Shown here piece by piece: positions 10,613 to 21,894 of a stretch of DNA of 33,836 nucleotides (the stretch's first letter is position 1; each line of letters begins with the position of its first letter). Position numbers and translations under genes: made by a program. Source of the stretch: Octopus bimaculoides. Taxonomy: Eukaryota. Below the pieces are notes generated by a model, which saw nothing but the letters and a program-made list of their open reading frames with translations, searched no databases and was not told the origin of the DNA. Location: assembly GCF_001194135.2 (NCBI RefSeq), contig NC_069001.1, forward strand, positions 7,473,261 through 7,507,096, given 5' to 3'.

Positions 10613-10835
10613 CCTTGTTTAGACATCACACAAGGCTCGTAAATGTTGTCGTGCAGGTGAGGTTGTTTATTTGCAATCTTCCATAAAAAAAAATATGTCT
10701 GGCCATGGGGAAATATTACCTTGCTTAGAAACAGATAAAGGTTGGTGACAAAAAGAGCATCCAGCTTCAGAAAAAATCCCTCTCAACAAATTCCGTCTGA
10801 CCCATGCCGGCACAGGAAAGTGAATGTTAAGATGA
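10610..10835 (+). mobile_element. LINE-tail-derived element (family D)
   Basis: GTCTGGCCATGGGGAAATATTACCTTG..GGTTGGTGACA..AGCATCCAGC..CAAATTCCGTCTGACCCATGC..(GAT)n; the same sequence occurs at 30125-30280. Confidence 0.8.
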
Positions 10836-11372
10836 TTATGACGATGATGATAATGATGAGGATGATGATGACAATGTTGATGCTGCCGGTGATAATGATG
10901 GTAGTGATGGTGAAAGACATGTATGCATCTTGGATCAACAATATTTATCTCCTTTCCATATATGGACAGTCTTCATGAATTAAAATATACGTCTGACTTA
11001 TCCACATTGTGTTACTGCTTATTTCATTTATTTCACAATGTTGCTAGTCTCGTTTCGTCAGTTATCTCAAAGAAGAAAAACTAAGAAGAAAAAAAAAAAA
11101 CCCCAGAAAAATTAAGGAAAAAAAAAAAACAAAAACAAAATAGAACTGGAAATTATAAACCATGGAAACTACTACTACTTAATATTGGTGCTGCCACCTG
11201 GTGATGGTGAGGGGTAGATTATTATTATAATTATTATTATTTTTTTTTTTTTGTTGGCTTGCACATGTGCATTCAGCAGTCAGCTGTGAAAGAAGCTGAA
11301 AATTGTAAAAAGCTGAAGGCAAGAATGATTTCAAGTGATTGCAGAACATATGCTGTTGTTTTTAGATTCTAC

Positions 11373-11455
11373 CTTCAGTTGTTGAAGAATCTTGCTATCA
11401 TCGTGTAACGAGATGTTCCAAACCAAACCAGACCAAACCCTGCCATCGTGCCACA
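11373..11455 (-). CDS. Candidate internal coding exon (83 bp, phase 1 to 0), product unknown
   Basis: Strong acceptor cagttttctttttatctcag|TG and moderate donor AAG|GTAGAA. Only one frame is open: WHDGRVWSGLVWNISLHDDSKILQQLK. Confidence 0.25.
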
Positions 11456-11672
11456 CTGAGATAAAAAGAAAACTGACTTCAATAAAGTCAGCCCTACTTT
11501 ACAAATAATTATGTTCCTTCTAGATAGAAAGATAACGGCCCCAAAAATATACAAAATAAAAGGGTAGATAATAACCAATCTTATATATATATATATATAT
11601 TCAGAGAGAGATTTTATATACATAAATATACACACACACGTGTGTGTGTGTGTGTGTGTGTATATATTTATA

Positions 11673-11739
<67 letters not shown>

Positions 11740-11924
11740 ACACACACAGATTAGATAGATAGCTGTTTCAGTAATTACAAGATTTCTTTAAAGAAATACC
11801 CCACACTAACATATACACACTAACAGATAACTTTTATAGGAAAGCTTATCCGCTAGGCTGGCTATAGTGGCTTAAACCAGTAAAAATATATTGAGGAATG
11901 ATTTGAGTAACAGAAGTCAAATCA

Positions 11925-12050
11925 TGGGCAGAATCACTGGTATGCTGGACGAAATGCTTATCAGCATATAATCCATCTAAGTTCTGAGTTCAAATTCTGC
12001 CAAGGTCAATTTTACCTTTCATCTTTTCAGGGTCGATAGATTAAGTACTC
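11925..12050 (+). mobile_element. SINE family B, partial
   Basis: GCAGAATC..GCTGGACGAAATGCTT..TTCTGAGTTCAAATTCTGCCAAGGTCAA..CCTTTCATC..GGGTCGAT..TAAGTAC. Confidence 0.85.
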
Positions 12051-12139
12051 TACAATACACAAAAAAAAAAAAAAAAAAAAAAATCGATATATTTAATTAT
12101 ATATAGGAATTAATTAATATTGCAAAGGTGGGGAGGAAT

Positions 12140-12450
12140 GGGGTAAATTTGGGGTGGCTGGGTAAAAATGGTGGTCGTGTGAGAAGGCGTGACTGTAAGG
12201 AGAGTGGCTGTGTGAGGAGAGTGACTGTGTAAGAAAGGGTGGCTGTGAGAGGAGAAACTCTGAAAAGGGGTGGCTGTGTAAAGTTGTAAGAGTGGCTATA
12301 TATATATATATGTATGTATATAGGGCGATGCAAAGCATACTGTATGAGGGGGTGGGGTAGCTGTGTGTGGAAGGGTGACTTTTATAAAAGGGGTGGCTGT
12401 GAGGTGATGACAGGAATGCAGTGATGGCTGTAGTTGCTGTGTCACCAACT
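12140..12450 (+). repeat. Degenerate G-rich minisatellite, unit about GAGTGGCTGTGTGAG
   Basis: GTG(G/A)CTGT(G/A) recurs about 9-10 times at irregular 15-30 bp spacing. Confidence 0.65.
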
Positions 12451-12991
12451 CCTTCCGTACTCTTCCCTCCGCCCTCATCAATTCATCGTTAACATTAACA
12501 TAAATAACGAGGAGAAAACTGGGAGTTAGATTTCAAGTTAAGATACAGATAGGGATGGCAGCAGGGAGGGGGGTGAGGAGATTGATAATGGTGGTGGTGG
12601 TGGTGGTGGTCTTGGTGGGATGAACTGTTCTGAAGACTGGAGTCAATGAGGACAACAACAACAACAACAACAACATCGACGACGATGGTGGTGGTGGTGG
12701 TGGTGGTAGTGGTGGTGATGAAGATGGCGGTGGCAGTGATATGATGTTATTGATGGAGGCAAGAAAGCTTGGATGTATATGAGGGGCTGGGAGGGGGGCG
12801 AAGGGGACAATGTACAGAGGTAGAAAGTGGGTAGGGGGTAGAAGGAAAAGGGACAAAGGGATGGGAGGTCAGTGTCCTTAGAAACAGAGGTGGACAGATG
12901 ATTGGTAGATTAGGGTTGAATAATAATTGGTTAATGGGGTCGAAGTGGGACACAGAGAATGTGAGGGAAAGTGAGAGATGCTATAATTATT

Positions 12992-13215
12992 AAAGGCAGC
13001 GAGCTGGCAGAATCGTTAGCACGCCGGGCGAAATGCTTAGCAACATTTCATCTGTCTTTATGTTCTGAGTTCAAATTCTACCAAGGTTCACTTTGCCTTT
13101 CATCCTTTCAGGGTTGATAAATTAAGTAGCAGTGAAGCACTGGGGTCAATATAATCGACTAGTCCCCTCCCCCAAATTTCAGGCCTTGGTGCTTTTAGTA
13201 GAAAGGATTATCATT
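12992..13215 (+). mobile_element. SINE family B, full length
   Basis: GGCAGCGAGCTGGCAGAATCGTTAGCACGCCGGGCGAAATGCTTAGC..GAGTTCAAATTC..GCCTTTCATCCTTTCAGGG..CTGGGGTC..AGAAAGGATTA, then an (ATT)n tail. Confidence 0.9.
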
Positions 13216-13231
13216 CTAATTATTATTATTA

Positions 13232-13404
13232 GGCGCAGGAGTGACTGTGTGGTAAGTAGCTTGCTTACCAACCACATGGTTCTGGGTTCAGTCCCACTGC
13301 GTGGCACCTTGGGCAAGTGTCTTCTACTATAGCCTCGGGCCGACCAAAGCCTTGTGAGTGGATTTGGTAGACGGAAACTGAAAGAAGCCTGTCATATATA
13401 TATG

Positions 13405-13435
<31 letters not shown>

Positions 13436-13638
13436 TTGTGTGTCTGTATTTGTCCCCCTAGCATTGCTTGACAACCGATGCTGGTGTGTTTATGTCCCCC
13501 GTAACTTAGCGGTTCGGCAAAAGAGACCGATAGAATAAGTACTAGGCTTACAAAGAATAAGTCCTGGGGTCGATTTGCTCGACTAAAGGTGGTGCTCCAG
13601 CATGGCCACAGTCAAATGACTGAAACAAGTAAAAGAGT
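13232..13638 (+). mobile_element. SINE family A, full-length young copy (reference copy for this annotation)
   Basis: tRNA-like head with A- and B-box-like motifs, ACCTTGGGCAAGTG core, internal (TA/TG)n, and a tail ending GAAACAAGTAAAAGAGTA. The head is nearly identical to the copies at 15647 and 20693. Confidence 0.95.
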
Positions 13639-14484
13639 ATTGATATTGTAATTATTATCTTTTGTCGTTGGTGTTCCTCTTTTTTGAGGATTTTACTAGC
13701 AAAGAACAATAATGAGGCATGCTGGGAAGTGTAATGGTAGATTCTTCAGCTCCACAGATCAAAAGAAACAGAAGCAACAAACACAACATCCACAACAACA
13801 ACAACAGCATCAACAATATCAGAAAAAACTCCATTGTAGACAATAATGTTTGTTTTGAAGATTGTCTGTTTTGGTTGGAACCTGAACCATGTTTTGTTCT
13901 TCAGGGATTATTTCATGTTATTCCATCTCCTTCTGCCCCATCGTCTCCACCTTTCCCCAGATTTCTTCCACCACCACCACCACTACTACTACTACTGACA
14001 ACCTTCTCCACCATCCTCAAGAGTTCTTTACCATCCTGCCGCTAACTTCACCATCTTTACCACCACCAACATCATCTCCCCCCCCACCATCATTATCACC
14101 ACCACCACCATAAATCATTGGACTTCTTCCCACCCACCCCTTACACCATTCCCTTGAAATATTCTGTAATATTCTCATTACTAATTAACTCAGGATTAAT
14201 GAGGTATTTATTACTAATTAACCCCGAGATCAACGAGATTTTTATTTCCTTTCTGTAATATTGAGTTTGTTAATTTATTGTTTGTTTGTTTGTTTGTTTC
14301 TAGAAATTTTGGCTCATTTACATATTTATATATAATTATATATTTATTTATATTTTTTTAATTAATATTATTATCATTATGGAGTCCCCAAACACTGGAT
14401 CTTCAGGAAATGTTTCCTCAAATTTATTAACTAAGAAACAGAGAGACAGAGGGAAATAGAGAGAGCGTGTGTGTGTGCGCGCAC

Positions 14485-14755
14485 GTAAATGGCATGGCTG
14501 TGTGGTAAAAAGACTTGCTTCCCAGCCACGTAATTCAGGGTTCAGTCCCACTGCCTGACACCTTGGCCATGTATATGGTACAGCCTTGAGCCAACCAAAG
14601 CCTTGTGAGTGGATTTGGGAGATGGAAACTGAAAGAAGCCTGTTGTATAAATATGTGTGTGTTTGTGTAAATTGCATGGCTGAGTGGTAAGAAGCTTGCT
14701 TCCTAACCACGTGATTCTAGGTTCAGTCCCACTGCCTGACCCCTTGGGCAAGTGT
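14485..14755 (+). mobile_element. Two tandem SINE family A heads (period 182 bp)
   Basis: Both start GTAAAT(G/T)GCATGGCTG and share CCACGT.ATTC and CCACTGCCTGAC variants absent from the other copies. Confidence 0.85.
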
Positions 14756-15125
14756 ATATGTAGATATGTGTGAGTGTATATACATGTAAATGCATGTGTA
14801 TAAATATGTGAGCTTGTGTGTGAATATATAACCATGTGTGTGTGTGTGTGTGTGTATGTGTGTGTGTGTGTGTCTATAGCCACGTGTGTGCGTGTGTGTG
14901 CATAACCACGTATGTGTACATGTGCATGTATAACTGAGTGTGTGTGCATGTAACCATGTGTATGTGTGTTTAACCATGTGCATGTCTATAACTGTGTGTG
15001 TGTGTGTAATGTCTATAGCTGTGTGTGTGTGTGTATAACCGTGTGTGTGTGTGTGTGTAATGTCTAGAGCTATGTGTGTGTATAACCGTGTGTGTGTGTG
15101 TGTGTGTGTGTGAGTGTGTGTAACT
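14756..15125 (+). repeat. Compound (TG)n tract punctuated by ATAACC and GTCTATAG modules
   Basis: Direct reading. Confidence 0.85.
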
Positions 15126-15560
15126 GAGTGCCAAACAGTACTTAAGGAGAGAGATATGATGTCAAAGAACGCTTATAAGTATGTTAAACACTAGACTTGC
15201 CACAAAACCACCACCACCACCATAACAATGATCCTCATCATCACTGCCACCATGCCCACCACCACAAAAGTATGTAAGTGGTCATCCGATGAAGGCTCTT
15301 AAGTGCAGTGTTATTGAGAAGCCCTTCCAAAAGAACTTTCCGCAGCCAATCTGGCCCCACTGACCAAGTGGAAGTAATTTTCAGTTGTCATGACTCACAC
15401 TATCCAAGAACAACAACAACAGGAGCAACAGTGGCGACAATAGCAACAACAACAACAACCACCACGATTTATTTATCTAATAATATTCTGGGATCATATC
15501 AAATTAAGGTGGCATATAATTGAGAAAAGTTGCTTAGTGAAATAATTCTTGACATTATAA

Positions 15561-15646
15561 CCCTTTTGTTATTATATTTCTGTTGAGACGCTCTGTGTGT
15601 CTTTCTGTTAATTTTAATTATAACAAAGAATTTAGTAAAATAACTT
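15561..15646. mobile_element. Partial piggyBac-type MITE, inverted relative to 1280-1510 and abutting a SINE
   Basis: CCCTTTTGTTATTATATTTCTGTTGAGACGCTCTGTG..ATAACAAAGAATTTAGTAAAATAACTT is the reverse complement of 1415-1510. Confidence 0.8.
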
Positions 15647-15962
15647 GTAAGTAGCTTACTTACCAACCACATGGTTCTGGGTTCAGTCCCACTGCGTGGC
15701 ACCTTGGGCAAGTGTCTTCTACTATAGCCTCGGGCCGACCAAAGCCTTGTGAGTGGATTTGGTAGACGGAAACTGAAAGAAGTCCGTCGTATATATGCAT
15801 ATGTGTATATATATGTGTGTGTATGTTTGTGTGTGTCTCCCCCAACATCGCTTGACAATTGATGCTGGTGTGTTTACGTCCCCGTCACTTAGCGGTTCGG
15901 CAAAAGAGACCGATAGAATAAGTACTAGGCTTACAAAGAATAAGTCCTGGGGTCGATTTGTT
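15647..15962 (+). mobile_element. SINE family A, young copy truncated at both ends
   Basis: Lacks the A box, otherwise nearly identical to 13252-13578. Stops after GGGGTCGATTTG. Confidence 0.92.
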
Positions 15963-16184
15963 CTTGAATGGCTTACAAACATCATTCAGGCTGCAATTGT
16001 TTTTTTTTTTTTCCCAGCACACAATCTCAGATCAAGTCACTTGCTATGCAAGTACATCTCCGTAATATCATCACCATCATTTTCTTAATCTCTAACAGAA
16101 GCTCAAAGCCACAATTTTGACCAGAGATGCATACACCACTCGCAATATATGCCACGACAGTCAAAGGAAATATAAAGTGCTTAC

Positions 16185-16237
16185 GTCTTTGTAATAACTT
16201 CAATGACTCTACCAAACTCTCATAGTTCCAATAACAT
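16185..16237 (-). CDS. Candidate internal coding exon (53 bp, phase 2 to 1), product unknown
   Basis: Acceptor ctttgatctttgattag|A and donor GAC|GTAAGC. Only one frame is open: CYWNYESLVESLKLLQR. Confidence 0.25.
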
Positions 16238-16360
16238 CTAATCAAAGATCAAAGCTGTTCCCAAACAAATGAAACTCAGAACTACAATTTTATTATCATT
16301 TAATATAATACAGAATAAACCGAGATTGTCTTTGAACGACAACTTTATTTTCTCTCTTTT

Positions 16361-16464
16361 CGCACAAACAGAAATATGTGAGCACATATACATGAACACA
16401 CGCACATAAAAATAGACACACATATACACACACAGAAATACAGACATAGCTACATACACACACG
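16361..16464 (+). repeat. 104-bp segment identical to 16988-17091
   Basis: Base-by-base identity; no gap nearby. Confidence 0.9.
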
Positions 16465-16794
16465 AAAATGCTTTTAATTTTAACGAGGCAGCTTTTGTAA
16501 TATTTTATTTAAAAGCCAAGTATTGTTTTTGTTGTTAGTTTCTGACAATTCTCATAGATTATATATATTTTCTCATTTTTTTTTTAATATTCTTATTTAT
16601 TTGTTTATCATTGAAGAAACAGTCTCTATAGCAATTATTTACCATTCCACAGTAACCAGAATGGTTATCTATTAACTACAGAAGATTCTGATATCAATCA
16701 GGCGGCACCATAGTCTCATCAAAGAACTAATGGTTTGAAGAAAAGAAATTAGCCATCTTGTAGAGTTAAATAATTTTTACATTGTCAAGCTAGG

Positions 16795-17220
<426 letters not shown>

Positions 17221-17388
17221 CTTATTTGTATGAAAGTGATCAGAGATAAAAATCATTCAGAAAATTCCCATCAAATAATGGCAAGAAAAACAGAAAAAAA
17301 AAAATCAAAGTGGTTTTATGAAGTTAAATATTTACAATGTCTAGTTTAGATATTTACACGCACACACACATACACACACACATATATA

Positions 17389-17535
17389 CAGGGTGCGATG
17401 GTTAAATAATCACCATTTTATATTTTTTATTCCACACATGTGCATTGTTTGTTTTTGATTTTGTCAACTACACAGTATAGTAGGGTCAGTTGGGCACCGT
17501 CTGTGAGAAAAACAGGCACCATGGCACAATTCACC
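17389..17535 (+). mobile_element. Tc1/mariner-type transposon left end, truncated
   Basis: Begins TA|CAGGGTG, a typical Tc1/mariner terminus with TA target. Breaks off shortly after an ATG at 17521; no right end found. Confidence 0.6.
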
Positions 17536-18337
17536 AAACTACTTTGTATGGGTTACGTTTAATACCAGAGGTAATACCAAATCTTGTAGATTTTAATATT
17601 AAGTAACAGTTAGGGTAAAAGTATTTCTAGAATTGGTTCATCACAAATTGATCTCCATTTGGTACCAAAGTATATTGTATGGATTGGGTTATGCTTAACA
17701 CCAGAACTATAAACAGGGTTAGAGATTTTACTGTAAAGGTTAGGGGAGATTTTGGAAGAACTGGTTTAACAATCTATCTCTTTACTCCTCTTCCTTCCTC
17801 CCACCCCTACTATTGAAAGAGGAAAACAAAGAAAATCAATCATATTGAATTCTTAAACCTTTCAAATGATATAGACTAATTTTGAGTTCTTAAGTTATGT
17901 TGTACTGATGAGCCCAGAATAAGGGTGAAATAGTGCGATCTATAATGATAGGAATATCCAATAAATGGATTTTATGAAAATATGGGAAACATCACATTTT
18001 TTTTCACTCACAGGAAAAAAAAAAAAAAAATTATAAACGCTGAAGTGGTTCTCTCCCCTTAAGGAGAATATTCACCCTCTCTATTATTTCATAACAGTCA
18101 TTCTTTCACTCCTACTCTTTTACTCCATAACCAAACAGCACCAGTTGTTGTTGCCAATCAAGTAATGATGTAACTTGACCTATATCTACTTGATAGGTGG
18201 AACTGCTGTTTTTTTTTTTAATATACAAGTGTCATCCTCTCCAGGATAACTTCCAAGTGTAAATGGCAATGCCCTTCAACTTCTTTTAGGCATTTCCATT
18301 TAGATGTGTCCATATATCATATCAAGGAGACACAATG

Positions 18338-18435
18338 ACGGAACTGTTAGTATGTGGGACAAAATGCATAACAGCATTTCCTCTGGATCTTTACATTCTC
18401 AGTTCAAATCCTGCTGATGTATGAAACTTTGCCAA
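18338..18435 (+). mobile_element. SINE family B, highly diverged
   Basis: GGAACTGTTAG..AAAATGC..AGCATTTC..TTTACATTCTCAGTTCAAATCCTGC..ACTTTGCC aligns with 13005-13097. Confidence 0.65.
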
Positions 18436-18584
18436 GGGACTAGACTGAAACATGTGTAGGCCTTTTAATGCTTATTTTAAAATTACAGTTACATGTTCCT
18501 TTAAAATCATTTATTTGCTATATTTTATTGTGCAAATGATACAAATAAAATAAGCATCCATTATTAACTCTACGTTTTCTTATA

Positions 18585-18935
18585 TCTATAATATAAATTG
18601 AAGTTGGCAGACCATTGTATTCTTTCTTGTCTTGAGATTCACGGCCAAACGGCTGGGTGGATTCATGCGAAAAATGGCACACATGTGGAGACGGGTGCAT
18701 GGAACGCACTTCTATTTTTTTTCCTAGCCCCCATACTTACAGAGAAAATCGATTAAAACAACCTGCATGCGTGTATGTGAGTGTGTGTCACTGAAGCCAT
18801 TCATACATATATACATATTAATAAATAAATAAACTGAATGATAAATTTCATTTATCTCTCTCTCTCATGCCTAACCAAAAATGATCACAGCCATATCATC
18901 CAAACAGACCGGGTGAAACCGGGTTTAGCTGCTAG
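18585..18935 (+). mobile_element. Non-autonomous Helitron, complete
   Basis: 5' A|TCTATAATATAAA, subterminal TCACGGCCAAACGGCTGGGTGGATT..AAATGGCACAC, and a 3' hairpin CCGG-GTGAAA-CCGG followed after 9 nt by CTAG|T. Insertion between A and T with no duplication is the Helitron signature. Confidence 0.8.
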
Positions 18936-18954
18936 TTAATATATACATATAAAT

Positions 18955-19070
18955 CTGGCACACAGTGGTTATGCTCATAAGGGTTCCAGTTAATCCAATC
19001 AATGGAACACCCTGCTTATAAAATGAACATGCAAGTGGTTGAGCGCTCCACAGACACATGAAGGCATGTG
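18955..19070 (-). mobile_element. SINE family C 3' tail
   Basis: Reverse complement aligns with 10450-10549 (..CACAAGCAGG..GTTCCATTGAT..ACTGGAAC..AACC..GTGCCA). Confidence 0.7.
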
Positions 19071-19074
19071 GTTT

Positions 19075-19233
19075 TGTGAGACCCAACCTTCCAAGTTCTT
19101 TTACAGGGCTTAGAAAAACTGAAGGACCGCTGCAATGAGTGTGTGAATCTGAGAGTTGAATAAAATCATAATTAACCGATACTCCTCCATTTTCTTTTAC
19201 CAGAAGCCAGGAACTTTTCAGCATACCCTCTTG
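19075..19233 (-). mobile_element. Mariner-type transposon end
   Basis: Reverse complement starts TA|CAAGAGGGTATGCTGAAAAGTTCCTGG, resembling TACGAGGG..AAAAGTT mariner termini. The other end is absent. Confidence 0.6.
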
Positions 19234-19462
19234 TATGTGTGTGTGTGTATGTGTGTGTGTATGTGTATACATATGTCTGGCTGTATGTATGTATATACAT
19301 ACACTCTTCAGAACCGTGCATGCGTATGCACATACACTAAATACAAATAAACAAATATGTATATAAAATTTTATCTCTCCCACATGACATCAAACACACA
19401 CACATACACACACACAAACAATGCATGCATGCATACACGCAAGCACATACACGTGCGTGTAT

Positions 19463-19502
<40 letters not shown>

Positions 19503-20218
19503 ATGTCTTTCCATTAACCAATATTCCTGCTGAAGTTTAAAACACAAAGATCTGTTAGACTCAACAACAACAATAATAATGACAAAACAACATAAACGTA
19601 ATATCTAATGCTATCAGAAACATTTAAGAGTAAAAACAAAAATAAACAAATCACTTTGTCAAGAAAACACTGGAGGTGGGGGAGGGGAACAGTTATGTTA
19701 ATAGCGATGCTAGTTTAACATCATGAGAACTGGAGTAAGGTGGAGGTGGGGGGATCTATCATCATCATCATCATCATCATCATCAATGGTATTATTGGTT
19801 TCACTTTACCTTACATTCTACAGTTGTGTTGTTGCCCATAGCAGCCTCTTTTGACAGTGTGTATACAGTTTGAAGAGGATGTATATTTTCGTTCCAAGAA
19901 GCATCTTGCCTCTAAGATGTCTTTGGTTACATGTAAACAATGAACGAGCCGAGGGAGGGGCAGAGAGAAAGAGGGGTGGGGGTGGGGAAGATGGAGAGAA
20001 AGAGAGGAAAATGAGAAGAGAAAAAGGGAAAGTAAAATGGTAAGAGAGGTAGTGGGGCAGAAACACAGATAAGAATATGTATTGTTTATATATGTGTATA
20101 TATATCTGTAGATATATTATACATACATACATACACACTTATATATATACACACACACGCACACATACAATATTGAAAGTAGGTATGTGTGTATGTATAT
20201 ATGTACACACACACATAT

Positions 20219-20250
<32 letters not shown>

Positions 20251-20305
20251 GATACACACACAATATTGAAAGTAGGTGTGTGTGCACACACAATTATGTA
20301 CATAT

Positions 20306-20693
20306 TCTTTACTTTTTTTACTCTTTTACTTGTTTCAGTTATTTGACTGGAGCACCTCCTTTAGCCGAGCAAATCGACCCCAGGACTTATTCTTTAGAAG
20401 CCTAGAACTTATTCTATCGGCCTCTTTTGCCGAACCGCTAAGTAATGGGGATGCAAACACACCACCATTGGTTGTCAAGCGATGTTGCGGGGACAAACAC
20501 AGACACACAAACATACACACACACAGACATATATATATACGACGGGCTTCTTTCAGTTTCCGTCTACCAAATCCACTCACAAGGCTTTGGTCGGCCCGAG
20601 GCTATAGTAGAAGACAATTGCCCAAGGTGCCACGCAGTGGGACTGAACCCGGAGTCATGTGATTGGTAAGCAAGCTACTTACCACACAGCCAC
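20306..20693 (-). mobile_element. SINE family A, full-length young copy
   Basis: Collinear reverse complement of 13232-13638; intact GTGGCTGTGTGG A-box-like motif. Confidence 0.95.
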
Positions 20694-20770
20694 ATGTGGT
20701 ATTCAACCGACACACCTGTGAATTGGATGTTTTACACACTGCTTTGAAAGAATTCCTTTCTTAAGCTTGT

Positions 20771-20819
<49 letters not shown>

Positions 20820-21621
20820 NNNNNNNNNNNNNNNNNNNNNNNNNNNNNNNNNNNNNNNNNNNNNNNNNNNNNNNNNNNNNNNNNNNNNNNNNNNNNNNNN
20901 NNNNNNNNNNNNNNNNNNNNNNNNNNNNNNNNNNNNNNNNNNNNNNNNNNNNNNNNNNNNNNNNNNNNNNNNNNNNNNNNNNNNNNNNNNNNNNNNNNNN
21001 NNNNNNNNNNNNNNNNNNNNNNNNNNNNNNNNNNNNNNNNNNNNNNNNNNNNNNNNNNNNNNNNNNNNNNNNNNNNNNNNNNNNNNNNNNNNNNNNNNNN
21101 NNNNNNNNNNNNNNNNNNNNNNNNNNNNNNNNNNNNNNNNNNNNNNNNNNNNNNNNNNNNNNNNNNNNNNNNNNNNNNNNNNNNNNNNNNNNNNNNNNNN
21201 NNNNNNNNNNNNNNNNNNNNNNNNNNNNNNNNNNNNNNNNNNNNNNNNNNNNNNNNNNNNNNNNNNNNNNNNNNNNNNNNNNNNNNNNNNNNNNNNNNNN
21301 NNNNNNNNNNNNNNNNNNNNNNNNNNNNNNNNNNNNNNNNNNNNNNNNNNNNNNNNNNNNNNNNNNNNNNNNNNNNNCATATATATTTATATTTATATTT
21401 CGTATATTTTAAATTTTAAATTTATTATATTACCATGTCATATTGGATATATATCTTTCGAAATATTAAATATTGATTTCCTGCGAATATTATTGATAAT
21501 TTTATGAATTTATTAATAATATAAAAACACACATATATATATATATATTTATTTGCTCAAAATAATAGAGCACTCAATATAAGTTCAGTTACATATTCTT
21601 TTAGAATATTCCTTATAAAAG

Positions 21622-21660
<39 letters not shown>

Positions 21661-21894
21661 TACTGTGATTTTTGTGTGCCTTTCAGCAATATGTGCATAT
21701 AGCTCTGCTTGTTTCGGTTTCTCTGACTAAAAGAAAGAAGTCCTTCCGCCTACTTCACGTTTAAGTGGTCTGCAAGAGGAAGGACATCAAGATGTGGAAA
21801 AAAAAATTATCACGATGTAAACACCCTCTCCACTTATGTGAGCATGGAGAGATAAGTGTGAAATAGTTTTGATAAATTCCAATGAGATCATTTA

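Noticed and set aside
11620-11680. (CA)n-(TG)n fold-back palindrome (also 26260-26345)
   Set aside because: Juxtaposed complementary microsatellites are expected by chance at this repeat density.
13232-13310. tRNA-like sequences with A and B boxes (also 10243, 12992 and others)
   Set aside because: These are SINE heads continuing directly into core and tail sequence. I could not fold a complete cloverleaf with acceptor stem.
15240-15350. Minus frame GPDWLRKVLLEGLLNNTALKSLHRM, reminiscent of a ribonuclease-inhibitor-type LRR
   Set aside because: A single short match with no usable donor site downstream and no neighbouring repeats of the motif.
18642-18680. Plus-strand frame reading KR-LGGFM-RK, resembling a dibasic-flanked Met-enkephalin (YGGFM)
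   Set aside because: It lies in the conserved 5' block of the Helitron, lacks the essential Tyr, and has no signal peptide or convincing splice context. Chance match.
19805-19950. Minus-strand MGNNTTVECK with good Kozak context, a myristoylation-like motif and an AAG|GTAAAG donor
   Set aside because: Only 10 codons, phase-incompatible with the next candidate exon, and indistinguishable from chance without transcript data.
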